From positions 86,196-150,195 of IMG/VR virus record IMGVR_UViG_2882674194_000007: a stretch of DNA of 64,000 nt; one strand, given 5' to 3'. Position numbers and translations under genes: made by a program. The notes under the pieces are model-generated. The model did no database searches. It was not told the DNA's origin and saw only the letters and a list, made by a program, of their open reading frames with translations. The stretch is from a virus. Its lineage: Duplodnaviria > Caudoviricetes. Positions 29,325-41,000 of this stretch are shown here, piece by piece; within the stretch, counting starts at the first letter, position 1, and each line of letters opens with the position of its first letter.

Positions 29325-29579
29325 ATGAGTAAACTATCAAAAAAGGATATAGAAGAATTAAGAGATATTCTTTCTCTTGTATGTGATTACGCAGATACAA
29401 AAACAGTTGTTTATGAGACTGTTGATAAAACACTCCAAGAGTTAGGTTCTGATTTAGGCATAGAATGTATGTTGATAACTGATGGAGAATACGAAGGAAG
29501 TATTGGCTTGGAAGAGTTTGTTGATAAATTTTATTCAAATATAATTGAAAATGTTTTAAATGTTGTTGCTACACAGTGA
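29325..29579 (+). CDS. Hypothetical protein
   Basis: GAGGT RBS. Confidence 0.6.
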   Translation: MSKLSKKDIEELRDILSLVCDYADTKTVVYETVDKTLQELGSDLGIECMLITDGEYEGSIGLEEFVDKFYSNIIENVLNVVATQ

Positions 29580-29608
29580 AATCAAAACAAAAAAGGAGAA
29601 AAGATATA

Positions 29609-29977
29609 ATGAGAAAATTAAACACAATTCAGAAGGTAGAGAACTTAAACATCGTAAAGGCAATTGATGAAAGAGGAAGTGGTAATGCAAATCATCTTTA
29701 TAAAATTGAAGCAATTGTTCCTGATGATGAAGATATTCCATTTACACTTATCCAGTTTCAGAATGGAGCTAGAAAAGATCCAGAAGCAATTACAGGAATT
29801 ATTGATACAGATTTGTTAGAGATTGTTCGTGATCGTTTAAAAGGATTCCAGAGTGGTAATTTTGCAACTGAAGATAATGCAGAGGCTTTAAAACATATCG
29901 AAATTGCTCTTATGTATATGAATAAGAGAGTTATGGATCGGTATGAGAGAAATGTTTTAGGAACATATGAGAAGTAA
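29609..29977 (+). CDS. tad1: Tad1-family anti-Thoeris/anti-CBASS signal sponge
   Basis: L.TIQK.E.LN, G.G.A.H.Y, IQFQNGARK, DLLEIVRDRLK.FQ.G.F, ERNVLGT closely match clostridial prophage Tad1 as recalled. Confidence 0.85.
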   Translation: MRKLNTIQKVENLNIVKAIDERGSGNANHLYKIEAIVPDDEDIPFTLIQFQNGARKDPEAITGIIDTDLLEIVRDRLKGFQSGNFATEDNAEALKHIEIALMYMNKRVMDRYERNVLGTYEK

Positions 29978-30197
29978 AAAAGAGATAGATGATAAAATAA
30001 TGAAATATACAAAATCTAATGTAGAAATTACTTGTAGTAATGTTGGTGTAAAAGCTGGTTCGTGGCAATGTGATTTGTGTATATTAAAAAATAATTGTGG
30101 TGCTTTAAAGGAAGTGAAGCGTAAAAATATGTCTTGAAATTCTTATTTTATTGGGTGAGTTTGGAGGTGATATAAAATAGTTTGGAAAGCATTATAT

Positions 30198-30503
30198 ATG
30201 GCTATGCAATATGTTCCTGATGATAAAAAGGAAGAAATAAGAAGAAAAATCTGTGAAAATTGCAAATATAACAATGGAGAAGAACAGTTAGCTTGTTGTT
30301 ATTGTCAGGAAGGTAGTTTGTTTGAAGAAAGAGAGAAAAAGAAAATACCTCGTGGTAATAGAAGGAAAGCGCCGATCATTGAGCAGAATGAATCAGATTG
30401 TAGTCCAGAACTTAAATGGGATTGTAAATCTTGTATTTGTAGAGATTGCGAAGATAGATTTGAATGTGATGGAGGCAATACAGTAATGGGATGTGGAATG
30501 TGA
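30198..30503 (+). CDS. Cys-rich hypothetical protein
   Basis: Multiple CxxC. Confidence 0.55.
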   Translation: MAMQYVPDDKKEEIRRKICENCKYNNGEEQLACCYCQEGSLFEEREKKKIPRGNRRKAPIIEQNESDCSPELKWDCKSCICRDCEDRFECDGGNTVMGCGM

Positions 30504-30851
30504 TGTGATACATAATAGAATTTAAAACAAGCAAAAGAATAGATAAATGGGTAGAAAAACATATAAAACAAAGTTGTGTATCTCGTGCAACAGCAGGTGA
30601 ACAGTTTGTATATGAATTTTTACCAAGTGGCATTGTAGAGTGTCAAACAGTCAAATGTATGTGTTGTAATGAAGAATTTACTGATTATGTAGATTGAAAA
30701 GAGAAAAGGAGAAATATACATATGGGATTAACATGTAAACCAGTAGGCAAAATGAGAAGTATCACAAGAAAGTTAGAGAATCAGTTGGCAGAGGAAGCAA
30801 AGTTACAGAAAGAGAAAAAAGGAAAAGAAAGCAGATAAGAGGTAGGTAGTT

Positions 30852-31622
30852 ATGGCGGTTTGGATCACAGGTGATATACACGGAAATCCACAAAGTTTTT
30901 CAACAGATATTTTTCCAGAGCAGAAAGCAATGACAAAAGATGATGTAGTTATTATTCTTGGTGATTTCGGACTCGTGTGGGATTACAAGGGAGAAAATAG
31001 AACTGAGAAGTATTGGCTAGACTGGCTTGAAAATAAACCGTTCACAACACTGTTTGTTGATGGCAACCATGATAATTTTGATAGACTTGATAATTACCCA
31101 ATAGAACAGTGGCACGGAGGAAATGTGCATTTCATTCGTCCATCAGTCATTCATCTTATGAGAGGTCAGATTTTCAGTATTGAAGATAAGTCATTCTTTG
31201 CTTTTGGTGGTGCAAGCAGCCATGATATATCTGCTGGAATATTGGAACCTGATGATCCAGGACTCAAAGAAAAGAAGAAAAAGTTAGACAAAAATCCATA
31301 CGCTTTATACAGAATCAATCATGTAAGCTGGTGGGAAAGAGAACTTCCAAATGAAGAAGAAATGAATGAGGGATTGGTGAATCTCAAAAAATATAATAAT
31401 AAGGTAGATTATATCATTACTCATAGTCCATATACTTCATTGCTTAGGCAGATGGACGGTGGCTCAGAATTATATCAGAGAGATAGATTGACTGATTATT
31501 TGCAAAGTATTAAACAGAGTGTCGATTATAAGGCATGGATTTTCGGACATATGCACCAGAACAAAACTTTTCACTGGGAAAGAAGTAGTTGCTTATATGA
31601 GCAGATTATAAGGATTCTGTAG
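30852..31622 (+). CDS. Calcineurin-like metallophosphoesterase
   Basis: GDIHG, GDFG, DGNHD, THS, FGHMH. Confidence 0.9.
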   Translation: MAVWITGDIHGNPQSFSTDIFPEQKAMTKDDVVIILGDFGLVWDYKGENRTEKYWLDWLENKPFTTLFVDGNHDNFDRLDNYPIEQWHGGNVHFIRPSVIHLMRGQIFSIEDKSFFAFGGASSHDISAGILEPDDPGLKEKKKKLDKNPYALYRINHVSWWERELPNEEEMNEGLVNLKKYNNKVDYIITHSPYTSLLRQMDGGSELYQRDRLTDYLQSIKQSVDYKAWIFGHMHQNKTFHWERSSCLYEQIIRIL

Positions 31623-31631
31623 AAAGGAATA

Positions 31632-31979
31632 GTGATTAAAATGAATCAATATCCAAAAGTCAAGTGCCTAAATTGCAGAAAAGAAATTGGGGAGTGTAAT
31701 TTTAAAACCTTTACAGTCAATTTGAAAGGTTATGATAAGAATGGTAAAAGAAAATTATTTTGCAGTCAAGAGTGTTATGAACAATATAAAAAGCAGTTTG
31801 AAGTAGAAGTATATAATGGGTGTTCAATTTACGCAGTTGAGCATTTGGGAGAAATAAGGTATATGCCTTGGTGGTTCTCAAGTTACTATTTTACAAATAT
31901 CGAAGACTGTAGAAAGAGAATAGATAGAAAAGAAGTAGGTATTTATCCTTCATATTTGTTTGGATTATTAGTTAGATAG
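31632..31979 (+). CDS. Hypothetical Zn-finger protein
   Basis: CLNC...FCSQEC. Confidence 0.6.
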   Translation: MIKMNQYPKVKCLNCRKEIGECNFKTFTVNLKGYDKNGKRKLFCSQECYEQYKKQFEVEVYNGCSIYAVEHLGEIRYMPWWFSSYYFTNIEDCRKRIDRKEVGIYPSYLFGLLVR

Positions 31980-32256
31980 AGAATAATCAATCAGGTACAC
32001 AGTAACAAGTAAACATTTCGCACGGTTATCCGTAGACAAATCCAATAATTACAACTGAACAGTTATGTCCGTTTTGGGTGGTGAACAGCATACCCTTGGC
32101 TTAAATTACGCAAAATTTAGCCATAAACCACTGATGACATAGATTTTATTATAGATTTGTTCTGATCTAATTTCTATGTTCCAGTCTGAGAAGGCTGTTG
32201 ATGTTATATATGATGTGAAAATATTTTTAATGAATTTATTTACAGGAGGAACAAAT

Positions 32257-33201
32257 TTGGGATTTCAGGTAAAGAAAGCAGTAAGAGAAAAGATTTATGT
32301 AAAGGTAGCATTGATGAGTCCTAGTGGTGGCGGTAAGACGTATTCGGCATTGAAACTGGCTACTGGCATGGCAAATAAGATTGAGCAGCAGACAGGTAAT
32401 AGACCGAAGATCCTGCTTGGCAACACAGAGGCAAAGCGTGGATATTACTACGCTAATGAGTTTGATTATGACATTGTTGATATTGACGCTCCGCATAATC
32501 CAGAGAAGTATGTAGAATTCATTGAGTTTGCGGTCAAGGAAGGATATGGAATTCTTATTATTGACAGTTCTTCTCACGAATGGGAAGGCAAAGGCGGATG
32601 TCTTGAACTTCAGCAGCAAGCAGGTGGTACATATCAGGCATGGGGTAAGGTAACTCCTAGACATAATAAGTTTATTGAAGCTATCGCAGACAGTCCTATT
32701 CATCTGATTGCTACTATGAGGGGCAAGGATCAGTATGAACTTGAAAAGGATGAAAAGGGTAAGACAAGCGTTAAGAAACTTGGTGTTGGCGCAAAGCAGA
32801 GAGATGGTTTTGAGTATGAGTTTACTTGTACGTTCTTGATTGACCAGAAGACACATATGGCAGAGGTTCAGAAAGATAATACCCATATCTTTGAAAATGA
32901 GACAGCTACATTGTTGAATGAGTCTTATGGCGAAAAGATTATGGAATGGGCAGATTCAGGAGAGGGTTATACACCCGTTGTAAGGAACAAAGATACTGGT
33001 TCCGATGTTGCAAGTGATGATATTTCTGCTGTTAAGAAAGAAATTATTGCAATGTGTACCAAACTTGGTGGCACAAAGAATGAAGAACTGATGACTACAT
33101 TAAAAGAGTTCGTGCCTAGCGGGAACCCAAATGCACTGAAAGATATCGAGAAAGCTAATAATTGTTTAGAAAAGATTAAGGCTATCAAGCCTATTGCATA
33201 A
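32257..33201 (+). CDS. AAA-family ATPase (Sak4-like recombination protein)
   Basis: SPSGGGKT Walker A, IIDSSSHEW; immediately upstream of ssb. Confidence 0.8.
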   Translation: MGFQVKKAVREKIYVKVALMSPSGGGKTYSALKLATGMANKIEQQTGNRPKILLGNTEAKRGYYYANEFDYDIVDIDAPHNPEKYVEFIEFAVKEGYGILIIDSSSHEWEGKGGCLELQQQAGGTYQAWGKVTPRHNKFIEAIADSPIHLIATMRGKDQYELEKDEKGKTSVKKLGVGAKQRDGFEYEFTCTFLIDQKTHMAEVQKDNTHIFENETATLLNESYGEKIMEWADSGEGYTPVVRNKDTGSDVASDDISAVKKEIIAMCTKLGGTKNEELMTTLKEFVPSGNPNALKDIEKANNCLEKIKAIKPIA

Positions 33202-33221
33202 TCAGAGGAGGATAAGAAAGA

Positions 33222-33656
33222 ATGAATAAAGTAGAACTTGTAGGAAGATTAACTCGTGATCCAGAGGTTAGATACACACAGGGAGAAAACGCAAGTGCGA
33301 TTGCACGTTTCTCCGTTGCTGTAAACAGACGTTTTAAGAACAATGAAGGTAATTATGATGCAGATTTTATCAACTGTGTTGCATTTAGTAAATCTGCTGA
33401 GTTTATTGAGAAGTATTTTAAGAAGGGTATGGCTATCGGTATTTCGGGTCGTATTCAGACAGGTAACTATACAAACAAGGACGGTGTAAAGGTTTATACG
33501 ACAGATGTTGTTGTAGAAGAAGCGGAGTTTGTTGAGAGTAAAAATAGCGGTGGGGCATCTGCACCTTCAAATACGTCAGCAAGCAACAATGCACCTTCTG
33601 CTGATGGTTTTATGAATATTCCTGATGGCATAGATGAAGAACTTCCATTTTCATAA
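33222..33656 (+). CDS. ssb: Single-stranded DNA-binding protein
   Basis: MNKV.LVGRLTRDPEVRY...DEELPF. Confidence 0.97.
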   Translation: MNKVELVGRLTRDPEVRYTQGENASAIARFSVAVNRRFKNNEGNYDADFINCVAFSKSAEFIEKYFKKGMAIGISGRIQTGNYTNKDGVKVYTTDVVVEEAEFVESKNSGGASAPSNTSASNNAPSADGFMNIPDGIDEELPFS

Positions 33657-33659
33657 GAG

Positions 33660-34289
33660 GTGATAAAAATAGGACATTCACATGGTACATGTTGGACTAA
33701 TGAAATGGTAGTGTCTGAAATTGATAGGGTTGTTCAATCGCTTGAGTTGGATAGATTTCCAACTCATAGCGAGATTGAACAGTTTTATGGAAACAAATCA
33801 TTGACAAATAAGATATCAAAAAGTGGTGGTACAAAATATTGGGCTTCCAGATTAGGATATGGAGTTAAAGATTGTGAAAGTGAGTTTGGTGATTATTTTG
33901 AAAGATATGCGATAGATGATATTTATCAACACACTGGACTTAGTAGTTACAAAAATAAAGTTGGATATCCATATGACATTACTACAAATAGGCACATTAA
34001 AGTTGATATAAAGAGTTCAACAATTATAGAAAATAATTATGGCTACAAGTTTCATTCATTTAATTTAGAGAAGAAAGAACCAACATGTGATATTTATATT
34101 TTGTATTGTCTAAATGATAATGACGAAATTCATAAGACAATGATTATTCCATCTTGTCATGTATATGGACAGACTCAGATAGGTATATCAGCATATGGAA
34201 ATAGTAAATGGGATAAATATAGAGATCAATGGAAGTGGTTTGAAAAATATAATGATTTTTACATAAAATTGGAGAAAAATTCAATATGA
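33660..34289 (+). CDS. Putative PD-(D/E)XK homing endonuclease
   Basis: YD.......VDIKSS motif; inserted in replication operon. Confidence 0.5.
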   Translation: MIKIGHSHGTCWTNEMVVSEIDRVVQSLELDRFPTHSEIEQFYGNKSLTNKISKSGGTKYWASRLGYGVKDCESEFGDYFERYAIDDIYQHTGLSSYKNKVGYPYDITTNRHIKVDIKSSTIIENNYGYKFHSFNLEKKEPTCDIYILYCLNDNDEIHKTMIIPSCHVYGQTQIGISAYGNSKWDKYRDQWKWFEKYNDFYIKLEKNSI

Positions 34290-34747
34290 GAAATCAATCA
34301 ATAGTTACTTGTAAATATTCTGGGTGTTTGCATCCAGACAAAACATTGGATAAGGAACAGGCGGTTAAATCGGGTAATTCATATTATCATCCAGACTGTT
34401 TTCAAACAAAGGAAGATATCAAAAAGATTATTGATCTGTTCAAGAATCATATAAATCCTAATCCCGTATATTCAACCTTGCAAAGTGTAATCAAGAATAT
34501 CGTTTTTACAAAAGGACTTGGTAGCGATTTTCTATTGTTTGGATTGCAGTATTATATTGACCACAAAATACCATTGAATTATCCGCAAGGACTTTACTAT
34601 GTAATACAAAATAAACAAGTGTTGGATGCTTATAATAAATCAAAAGTGAAGAACATGAAAAGCAACATTGAAATTAAAGAAGATTCTGGCTCGGAATTTA
34701 CTCATGTTCCGATTCAAAATAAAAGTTTTGCAGATATTATAAAGTGA
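34286..34747 (+). CDS. Zn-binding replication-associated protein
   Basis: CKYSGC...HPDC; directly upstream of helicase. Confidence 0.55.
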   Translation: MRNQSIVTCKYSGCLHPDKTLDKEQAVKSGNSYYHPDCFQTKEDIKKIIDLFKNHINPNPVYSTLQSVIKNIVFTKGLGSDFLLFGLQYYIDHKIPLNYPQGLYYVIQNKQVLDAYNKSKVKNMKSNIEIKEDSGSEFTHVPIQNKSFADIIK

Positions 34748-34761
34748 GGGGTGATAGCTAT

Positions 34762-36111
34762 TTGGCATTAGACATTTCATTAATCTCAGACAATCAGGCT
34801 GAAGCAGGAGTAATTGCCACTTTGGTATATCATCCTGAATTTATATTGCATACAGACTATTTAAGACCTTCATATTTTTATAATGTAGAAAATGGCTGTA
34901 TTTATTGGGCGATACAGGAATTATACAAAAACGGTGTTGAGACAATAGACGCTATCAACATTACTAATATGCTCAACTCCAATAAGGCTGTAAAGAAAAA
35001 GATAGAAGAATATAATTTGACGGATATGCAAGAGTTCATTTCGATGAGCCAGTTCGCTTGCAGACATACATTGGAAGAATACAAATTGCTTGTGAATAAT
35101 GTAGTTACAATGTCATTTAAGAGAGACTTAAACAAGGTTGTTTTGGAAGTACAGTCTGCTTGCTTCAATAGCGATTCTGACTTGAATAAACTCAATTCTC
35201 TGGTGAATACGAAAATCAACAAATTGACGGAGCAGTATATTACATCAAATGAAATAGAATTATTTGGCAGTCGTGTGGATGACTTGTGGAAAGAAATTTG
35301 CAGTCGTAGGACAGAAGATGGAGTTTATGGAATCCCTTCAAAATATGAAAGGCTAAATGAGTATTTTACATATGAGCCTGGGGAACTTGTATTGCTGAAA
35401 GCAAGAATGAAAAAGGGTAAATCTGCATTTTTTATGAATGAAGCAATTCATAAGATTAAAAATGGTGTTCCAACACTCTTTTTTGACACAGAAATGCAGG
35501 ACAGATTATTTTATGAGAGGATGCTTGCGAACTTAACAGGAATTGAAGTAAAGAGAATTAAAAACGGTAGATATTCTCATGAAGAAGGTCAGAAATTAGA
35601 GAAAACAAATGAGTGGATCAAGAAGCAGCCATTCGTTCATATCTACACTCCACAAACAACAGATGAAGAAATATATGCTATACATAAAATTTTGAAATAT
35701 AAAATGGGATTGGAGTTTAGTATTTTCGATTACATCAAAAGCAACATTCTGTCTTCTTCTGAAAATTATAATGCTCTTGGTGCAAGATGCGATTTCCTAA
35801 AAAACAATATAGCTGGCGAATTGAACATTGCAATGTTGGCTGGCGCACAGCTTAACAGGGCAAACCAAGTTGCAGATTCAGATAAGCTAGAGCGTTATGT
35901 AAGTGCAAGTATGCTATGGAGAGATAAAACAACAGAGGAACTTGCAAAAGATACATTGGATTGTGGTAATTTTGCTTTGACTGTAGATCTCAACCGCATG
36001 GGCGAACAGATGGGAGAAGATGAGTATATAGATTTTAAATTTGATGGTAACAGGATGAGGATTGAACAGGCAAAACAACATGATTCATCGTCTAATCCGT
36101 TTGAAAAGTGA
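34762..36111 (+). CDS. dnaB: DnaB-like replicative helicase
   Basis: ARMKKGKS Walker A variant, DTEM, FDYI, AQLNR. Confidence 0.9.
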   Translation: MALDISLISDNQAEAGVIATLVYHPEFILHTDYLRPSYFYNVENGCIYWAIQELYKNGVETIDAINITNMLNSNKAVKKKIEEYNLTDMQEFISMSQFACRHTLEEYKLLVNNVVTMSFKRDLNKVVLEVQSACFNSDSDLNKLNSLVNTKINKLTEQYITSNEIELFGSRVDDLWKEICSRRTEDGVYGIPSKYERLNEYFTYEPGELVLLKARMKKGKSAFFMNEAIHKIKNGVPTLFFDTEMQDRLFYERMLANLTGIEVKRIKNGRYSHEEGQKLEKTNEWIKKQPFVHIYTPQTTDEEIYAIHKILKYKMGLEFSIFDYIKSNILSSSENYNALGARCDFLKNNIAGELNIAMLAGAQLNRANQVADSDKLERYVSASMLWRDKTTEELAKDTLDCGNFALTVDLNRMGEQMGEDEYIDFKFDGNRMRIEQAKQHDSSSNPFEK

Positions 36112-36122
36112 GGTGATAAAGG

Positions 36123-37142
36123 GTGGCTAACGACTACGATAATGAAGCTCTTATAGAGTTATGTTCAAAAGTAGATTTGTTTGAATATGCAAGTAAGGAT
36201 ATAGACTTTGAAGGTCGCGGAGATAGTTATGCTGCCCATTGCCCAAAACATATTGACAAGACACCTTCTCTTGTAATTACTCCAAGCAAAAATTTGTTCC
36301 ATTGCTTTTCCTGCGGTGTTGGTGGAAATATTATCAACTGGCTAATGACATTTGAGAATATGTTATTTAATGATGCAGTTAAAAAAGTTGGTGTATTAGC
36401 AGGAGTAGATGTAAAGAACCTGAAGCAATGCAGCGCATTAAAGGTGTATAAAAATCTTGCACAAATTACAGAAGCTAAAAAGAAAAATGTGGTTGATAGA
36501 GTTATACTGAATGATTCTGAAATAGATAAATATGAAGATAAAGTTCCTGAAGAGTGGATAGATGAGGGGATTAATCCAGATATTATGAAAAAATATAATG
36601 TTAGGATTGACAACATGGCAAATAGAATAGTCTACCCTGTATATGATAGCGAATTACGATTGATCGGATTTAAGGGGCGCACAAGATATAAGAACTATAA
36701 GGAAATGAAAATCAAGAAGTACCAAAATTATCAGAAGATTGGTACAACAGATTTCTTTGTAGGGATGAAAGAAAACTACGAAAATATTATAAATCACGAT
36801 GAAGTTATCATCTTTGAAGGTATCAAGTCTGGCATGAAAGTAGGGGGGTGGGGGTATAATTATTGGCTTTCAAGTGAGACGGGGTGGTTAAATGATGATC
36901 AAGTGTTATTGCTCATTAAATTAGGAGTAAAAAACATAGTTATTGCTTATGACAATGATGTTGATATTAAAAAGATACAAGAATGTACAAAAAAACTTAG
37001 GAAGTTTACAAATGTATATGTTGTGACTGACAGGAAGTTTGTAAAAGAAAGATTATTAGGAAAAATAGAAGATAAAATGTCTCCCTGTGATAAAGGCAAG
37101 GAAGTATGGGAGATTTTATATAGAGAGAAAAGGAGGTTATAA
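36123..37142 (+). CDS. dnaG: DNA primase
   Basis: CPKH.DKTPS...FHCFSC zinc finger; FEG and AYDND TOPRIM motifs. Confidence 0.9.
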   Translation: MANDYDNEALIELCSKVDLFEYASKDIDFEGRGDSYAAHCPKHIDKTPSLVITPSKNLFHCFSCGVGGNIINWLMTFENMLFNDAVKKVGVLAGVDVKNLKQCSALKVYKNLAQITEAKKKNVVDRVILNDSEIDKYEDKVPEEWIDEGINPDIMKKYNVRIDNMANRIVYPVYDSELRLIGFKGRTRYKNYKEMKIKKYQNYQKIGTTDFFVGMKENYENIINHDEVIIFEGIKSGMKVGGWGYNYWLSSETGWLNDDQVLLLIKLGVKNIVIAYDNDVDIKKIQECTKKLRKFTNVYVVTDRKFVKERLLGKIEDKMSPCDKGKEVWEILYREKRRL

Positions 37143-37148
37143 TAATAT

Positions 37149-37988
37149 TTGACTGAAGAAGAATTATTTGTAATGGATACTATGACATGGAGTTTTTCAC
37201 GATTAAATTCATATTATAATTGTGCTTATGAATGGTATTTACATTACTTGGAATGTAATAAATCAGAAAATGGATTTTTTGGAGAGTACGGATCTTTTAT
37301 ACATAAAATACTTGAAAAATATATAAGTGGTGAATTGTCGTTGTTTGACTTAAATCAATACTATGAGGAAAACTTCAATGAATCAGTTCCACACGATGCG
37401 CCGCCAAATAAATACGTTGATATTAGACAGTCATATTATGACAAAGGGATCGAGTATTTGAATAATATAGATTTGGATTTAGACAGATATGAAATCCTTG
37501 GAGTAGAAAAAGAAATACACTTTACAATAGAAGATAAAGACTTTGTAGGATATATAGACTTGTTGGTTAAGGATAGAGAAACAGATGAAATAATTATTAT
37601 TGACCACAAATCGGCAAGTATTAAGATTTTGAAAAATGGGAGTATCAGTAAAACGGATCAGAAACATTTCTTAGAGTTTAAAAGGCAGCTTTATCTATAT
37701 TCAATCCCCATTGTAAAAGAATATGGTAGTGTTTCCAAATTAAAGTGGAATATGTTTAAAGATCAGAAATGGATTGAAATACCTTGGAAACAAGAAGAAT
37801 ATGATGAGGCTATCCAGTGGGCGAAAGATACTTTGAAACTTATTGAGAATGAATCTTTGTGGCTACCAAATCAGGATTACTATTATTGCAATTATTTATG
37901 TGGACAGAGAAATAATGCTTGTGAATTTAAGCCACAGCCAATTAGTAAGAAAAGCAATGATGATGAATATTACAATCCAAACGAATAG
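37149..37988 (+). CDS. PD-(D/E)XK (RecB/Cas4-like) exonuclease
   Basis: SFSRL, GYIDLL, IIDHKS, QLYLY, C-terminal Cys cluster. Confidence 0.85.
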   Translation: MTEEELFVMDTMTWSFSRLNSYYNCAYEWYLHYLECNKSENGFFGEYGSFIHKILEKYISGELSLFDLNQYYEENFNESVPHDAPPNKYVDIRQSYYDKGIEYLNNIDLDLDRYEILGVEKEIHFTIEDKDFVGYIDLLVKDRETDEIIIIDHKSASIKILKNGSISKTDQKHFLEFKRQLYLYSIPIVKEYGSVSKLKWNMFKDQKWIEIPWKQEEYDEAIQWAKDTLKLIENESLWLPNQDYYYCNYLCGQRNNACEFKPQPISKKSNDDEYYNPNE

Positions 37989-38003
37989 ACCAATGTAAGC
38001 GAG

Positions 38004-41000
38004 GTGATAAATATTAATGATAATTTGATTACATATGCGCAGCAAGCATCAGAAAGGCTCAAATTTGATTTTCCATATGATATACCAACATGGATAAATA
38101 ATATGAACATGATGATGGAAAACTACCACAAACATACTACATGGTCAGATTTAGTTCAAATTGACTCTCCGACAAGTGTAGATGATTTTATCAAACTTTC
38201 AGATAATTATGGGTGTAAGTGTTATTTTTCTGGTGAGCATGGATTCCCTGGCGAATGGCTATATTGTTACGATGTATGTAAAAATACTTTTGATAAGGAT
38301 GTTAGGGAAAAGAAAGGTCTTAATAATCCTATTAAGTTCAGATATTCCGTAGAAGCATATTGGGTGAAAGATGCAAACGAAATTTTATATGAACAATATG
38401 AAGATAAAAAGACTGGTGAAATAAAAACAAGAGAAAAAAAAGATAATACGAATTGTCATATGGTAATTGTCGCTAGGAATTACAATGCGATGCGAAAGTT
38501 GAATTATATATTATCATGTGCACACGATGAAGGATTTTATTATAAGCCAAGAATTGATTTGAAGTCATTATTTACTTTGGATAAAGATGATGTATATATT
38601 ACTTCTGCGTGTATTGCAGGATGGAAATATGAAGATGCGACAGAAATTTGGCTAAATATATGGAAACATTTTGGAGATAGTTTTTTCCTTGAATATCAGG
38701 CTAATAATACGGAACCACAAAAGGAACTGAATAAAAGAATATACGAAATATCTAAAACATTTGGTATACAAACTATTATTGGACTTGATACTCATTACAT
38801 AAATGATGAAGACTGCGCAAAAAGAAATAATCTTTTATTAAGAAAAAAACTCATTTATGAGGGTGAAGACGGATGGTATATGGACTTTCCAACAGGAAAT
38901 ATCGTATATCAAAGAATGGTTGAACAGGATTGTTTGCCAAAAGAAGAAATTATTTATGCAATGATGAACACCCATGTTTTTGTGAATGGTTGTGAGGAAC
39001 TTTCATATAATACAGACTTTAAGATTCCGATACTTGACGAATACAAACAAGAAAGTTATGAAACACGATCCCAAATTTTGAAACAGATATTAAATGAAAA
39101 ATACAATAATGAAGATGAAGAACATCACACACCAGATAGGTTTGAAGGAATGGAATACGAGTATGGTGAGATAGATGGAAGTCATACGGCAGATTATTTC
39201 CTCAGTAACCATGCGTTAGTTGACTTGGCAGTAACAAAATATAATGGACAATTAACTACCACATCAAGAGGAAGTGCGAGTTCTTATTATACAAGTAAAC
39301 TACTTGGTTTCACAACGATGGATAGGTTTGAAGCAGAAGTTCCAATTTATCCTGAACGATTTGTTACAAAAGAACGTATCCTTGCTTCTCATCAGATGCC
39401 AGATATTGACTTTAATGTTGCTGATCAAAAACCATTTGTAGATGCGGCAAAAGAATTATTTGGTGAACATGGTTGTTATCCACTTCTCTCAGTGGGTAAA
39501 TTAGGTGAAAAGTCTGGTTTTAAACTTTATGCAGATATAAGAGGACTTGAGCCGAGTGTTGCAAATGATATTTCAAAATGTATTGACCAATATAATGAAG
39601 CACTAAAACAGGTTGATGACGAAGAAGATAAAAAGGATATTCATATCGAAGATTACATCACTGATCCAAAATATCTTGAAATATTCAATGATAGTAAACC
39701 ATATCAGGGGATTATTGAACAAGCGAAATGTCATGCCTGTGGATTTTTATTATTTAATGGAAATCCAAACCAGAAAGATGTAATAGGATATGGAGATATT
39801 AGATATGAAATCGGTTTGATTCGATGCCAGTCCGAAAGTACAGGGAAATCAACGATTGTAGCAAACATAGAAGGCGGCTTGCTTGATTCATATGGTTATG
39901 TAAAAGATGACTTTCTAATTGTAGATGTGGTGGGTATCATTTATAAATTGTATCAAAACATTGGTATGAAGGTTCCTACGGTGTCACAGCTTAGAAAGAT
40001 GGTACAGGAAGATGAATTGACGTGGAGAATGTATGAAATCGGAGCTACATGTTGTTTAAATCAGTGTGAAAAACCAACAACAACCAAAAGGGTTATGAAA
40101 TACAAACCAACAGAAATAAAGGAATTGGCAGCTTTTATTGCCGCAATTCGTCCTGGCTTTAAATCACTGATTGATGGATTTTTGAACCGTGTTGAATATA
40201 CAAACGGAGAAAAGGCAATAGATGATCTTCTTCAAGATTGTTTTCACTATATGCTGTATCAGGAAGCGGTTATGAAGATTTTTTCGTGGCTTGGTATAAA
40301 AATGAAAGACAGCTACGACACAATCAAAAAAATCAGCAAGAAAAAACTTAAAGGTGAAGCATTAAAGCATGTAGAAGATACTTTGGCATATCACTGGTCA
40401 AGCAATATTGGAAACTTAGATAATTTTAAACCGGTATATAAAGTTATAAAAGATAGTTCTCGTTACTCATTCAATGCTCCCCATGCGTTAGCTATGGCGA
40501 ATGATTCATTATATGAGGCATGGGCTAAAGCACATCATCCTTCAATATTTTATGAGACAACCCTTAACCATTATCAGGAGAAAGGGAATAAAAATAAAGT
40601 TGCAGACTTAGAAAAAGAAGCAATGACAATCTTTGGTTATTCTATTGGTTCTTACGAATATGGAAAAGATAACACAAAGTTTACTGTTGATGATGATACA
40701 AAAACGATTTATCCCAATCTTGCCAGTGTAAAAGATATAGGTGAAAAAGCAGTAGAAGATATGGTGAATATCTACAAGGCTGGAAATGATAATATTATAG
40801 ATACTTATTTGGCTATTAAAGGTACAAAGATAAACGCTTCTGTATTTAGGAAGATGGTTAAGATTGAATATTTTAAGAAATTTGGAACTGTGAAAAAGTT
40901 GCTTCAGTGTGTGGATATTGTTGAATATTGGAGAGGAAAAAGTAAAGATGTAAGAAAAACTATATCTAAAGAAGGTGTGGCAAAACTTGGATTGGATAAA

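Noticed and set aside
32131-32200. Hammerhead ribozyme (CTGATGA followed by a stem)
   Set aside because: No GAAA after the stem and no stem I/III closure found
37149-37988. Cas4 of a CRISPR system
   Set aside because: No array or other cas genes; typical phage replication exonuclease context
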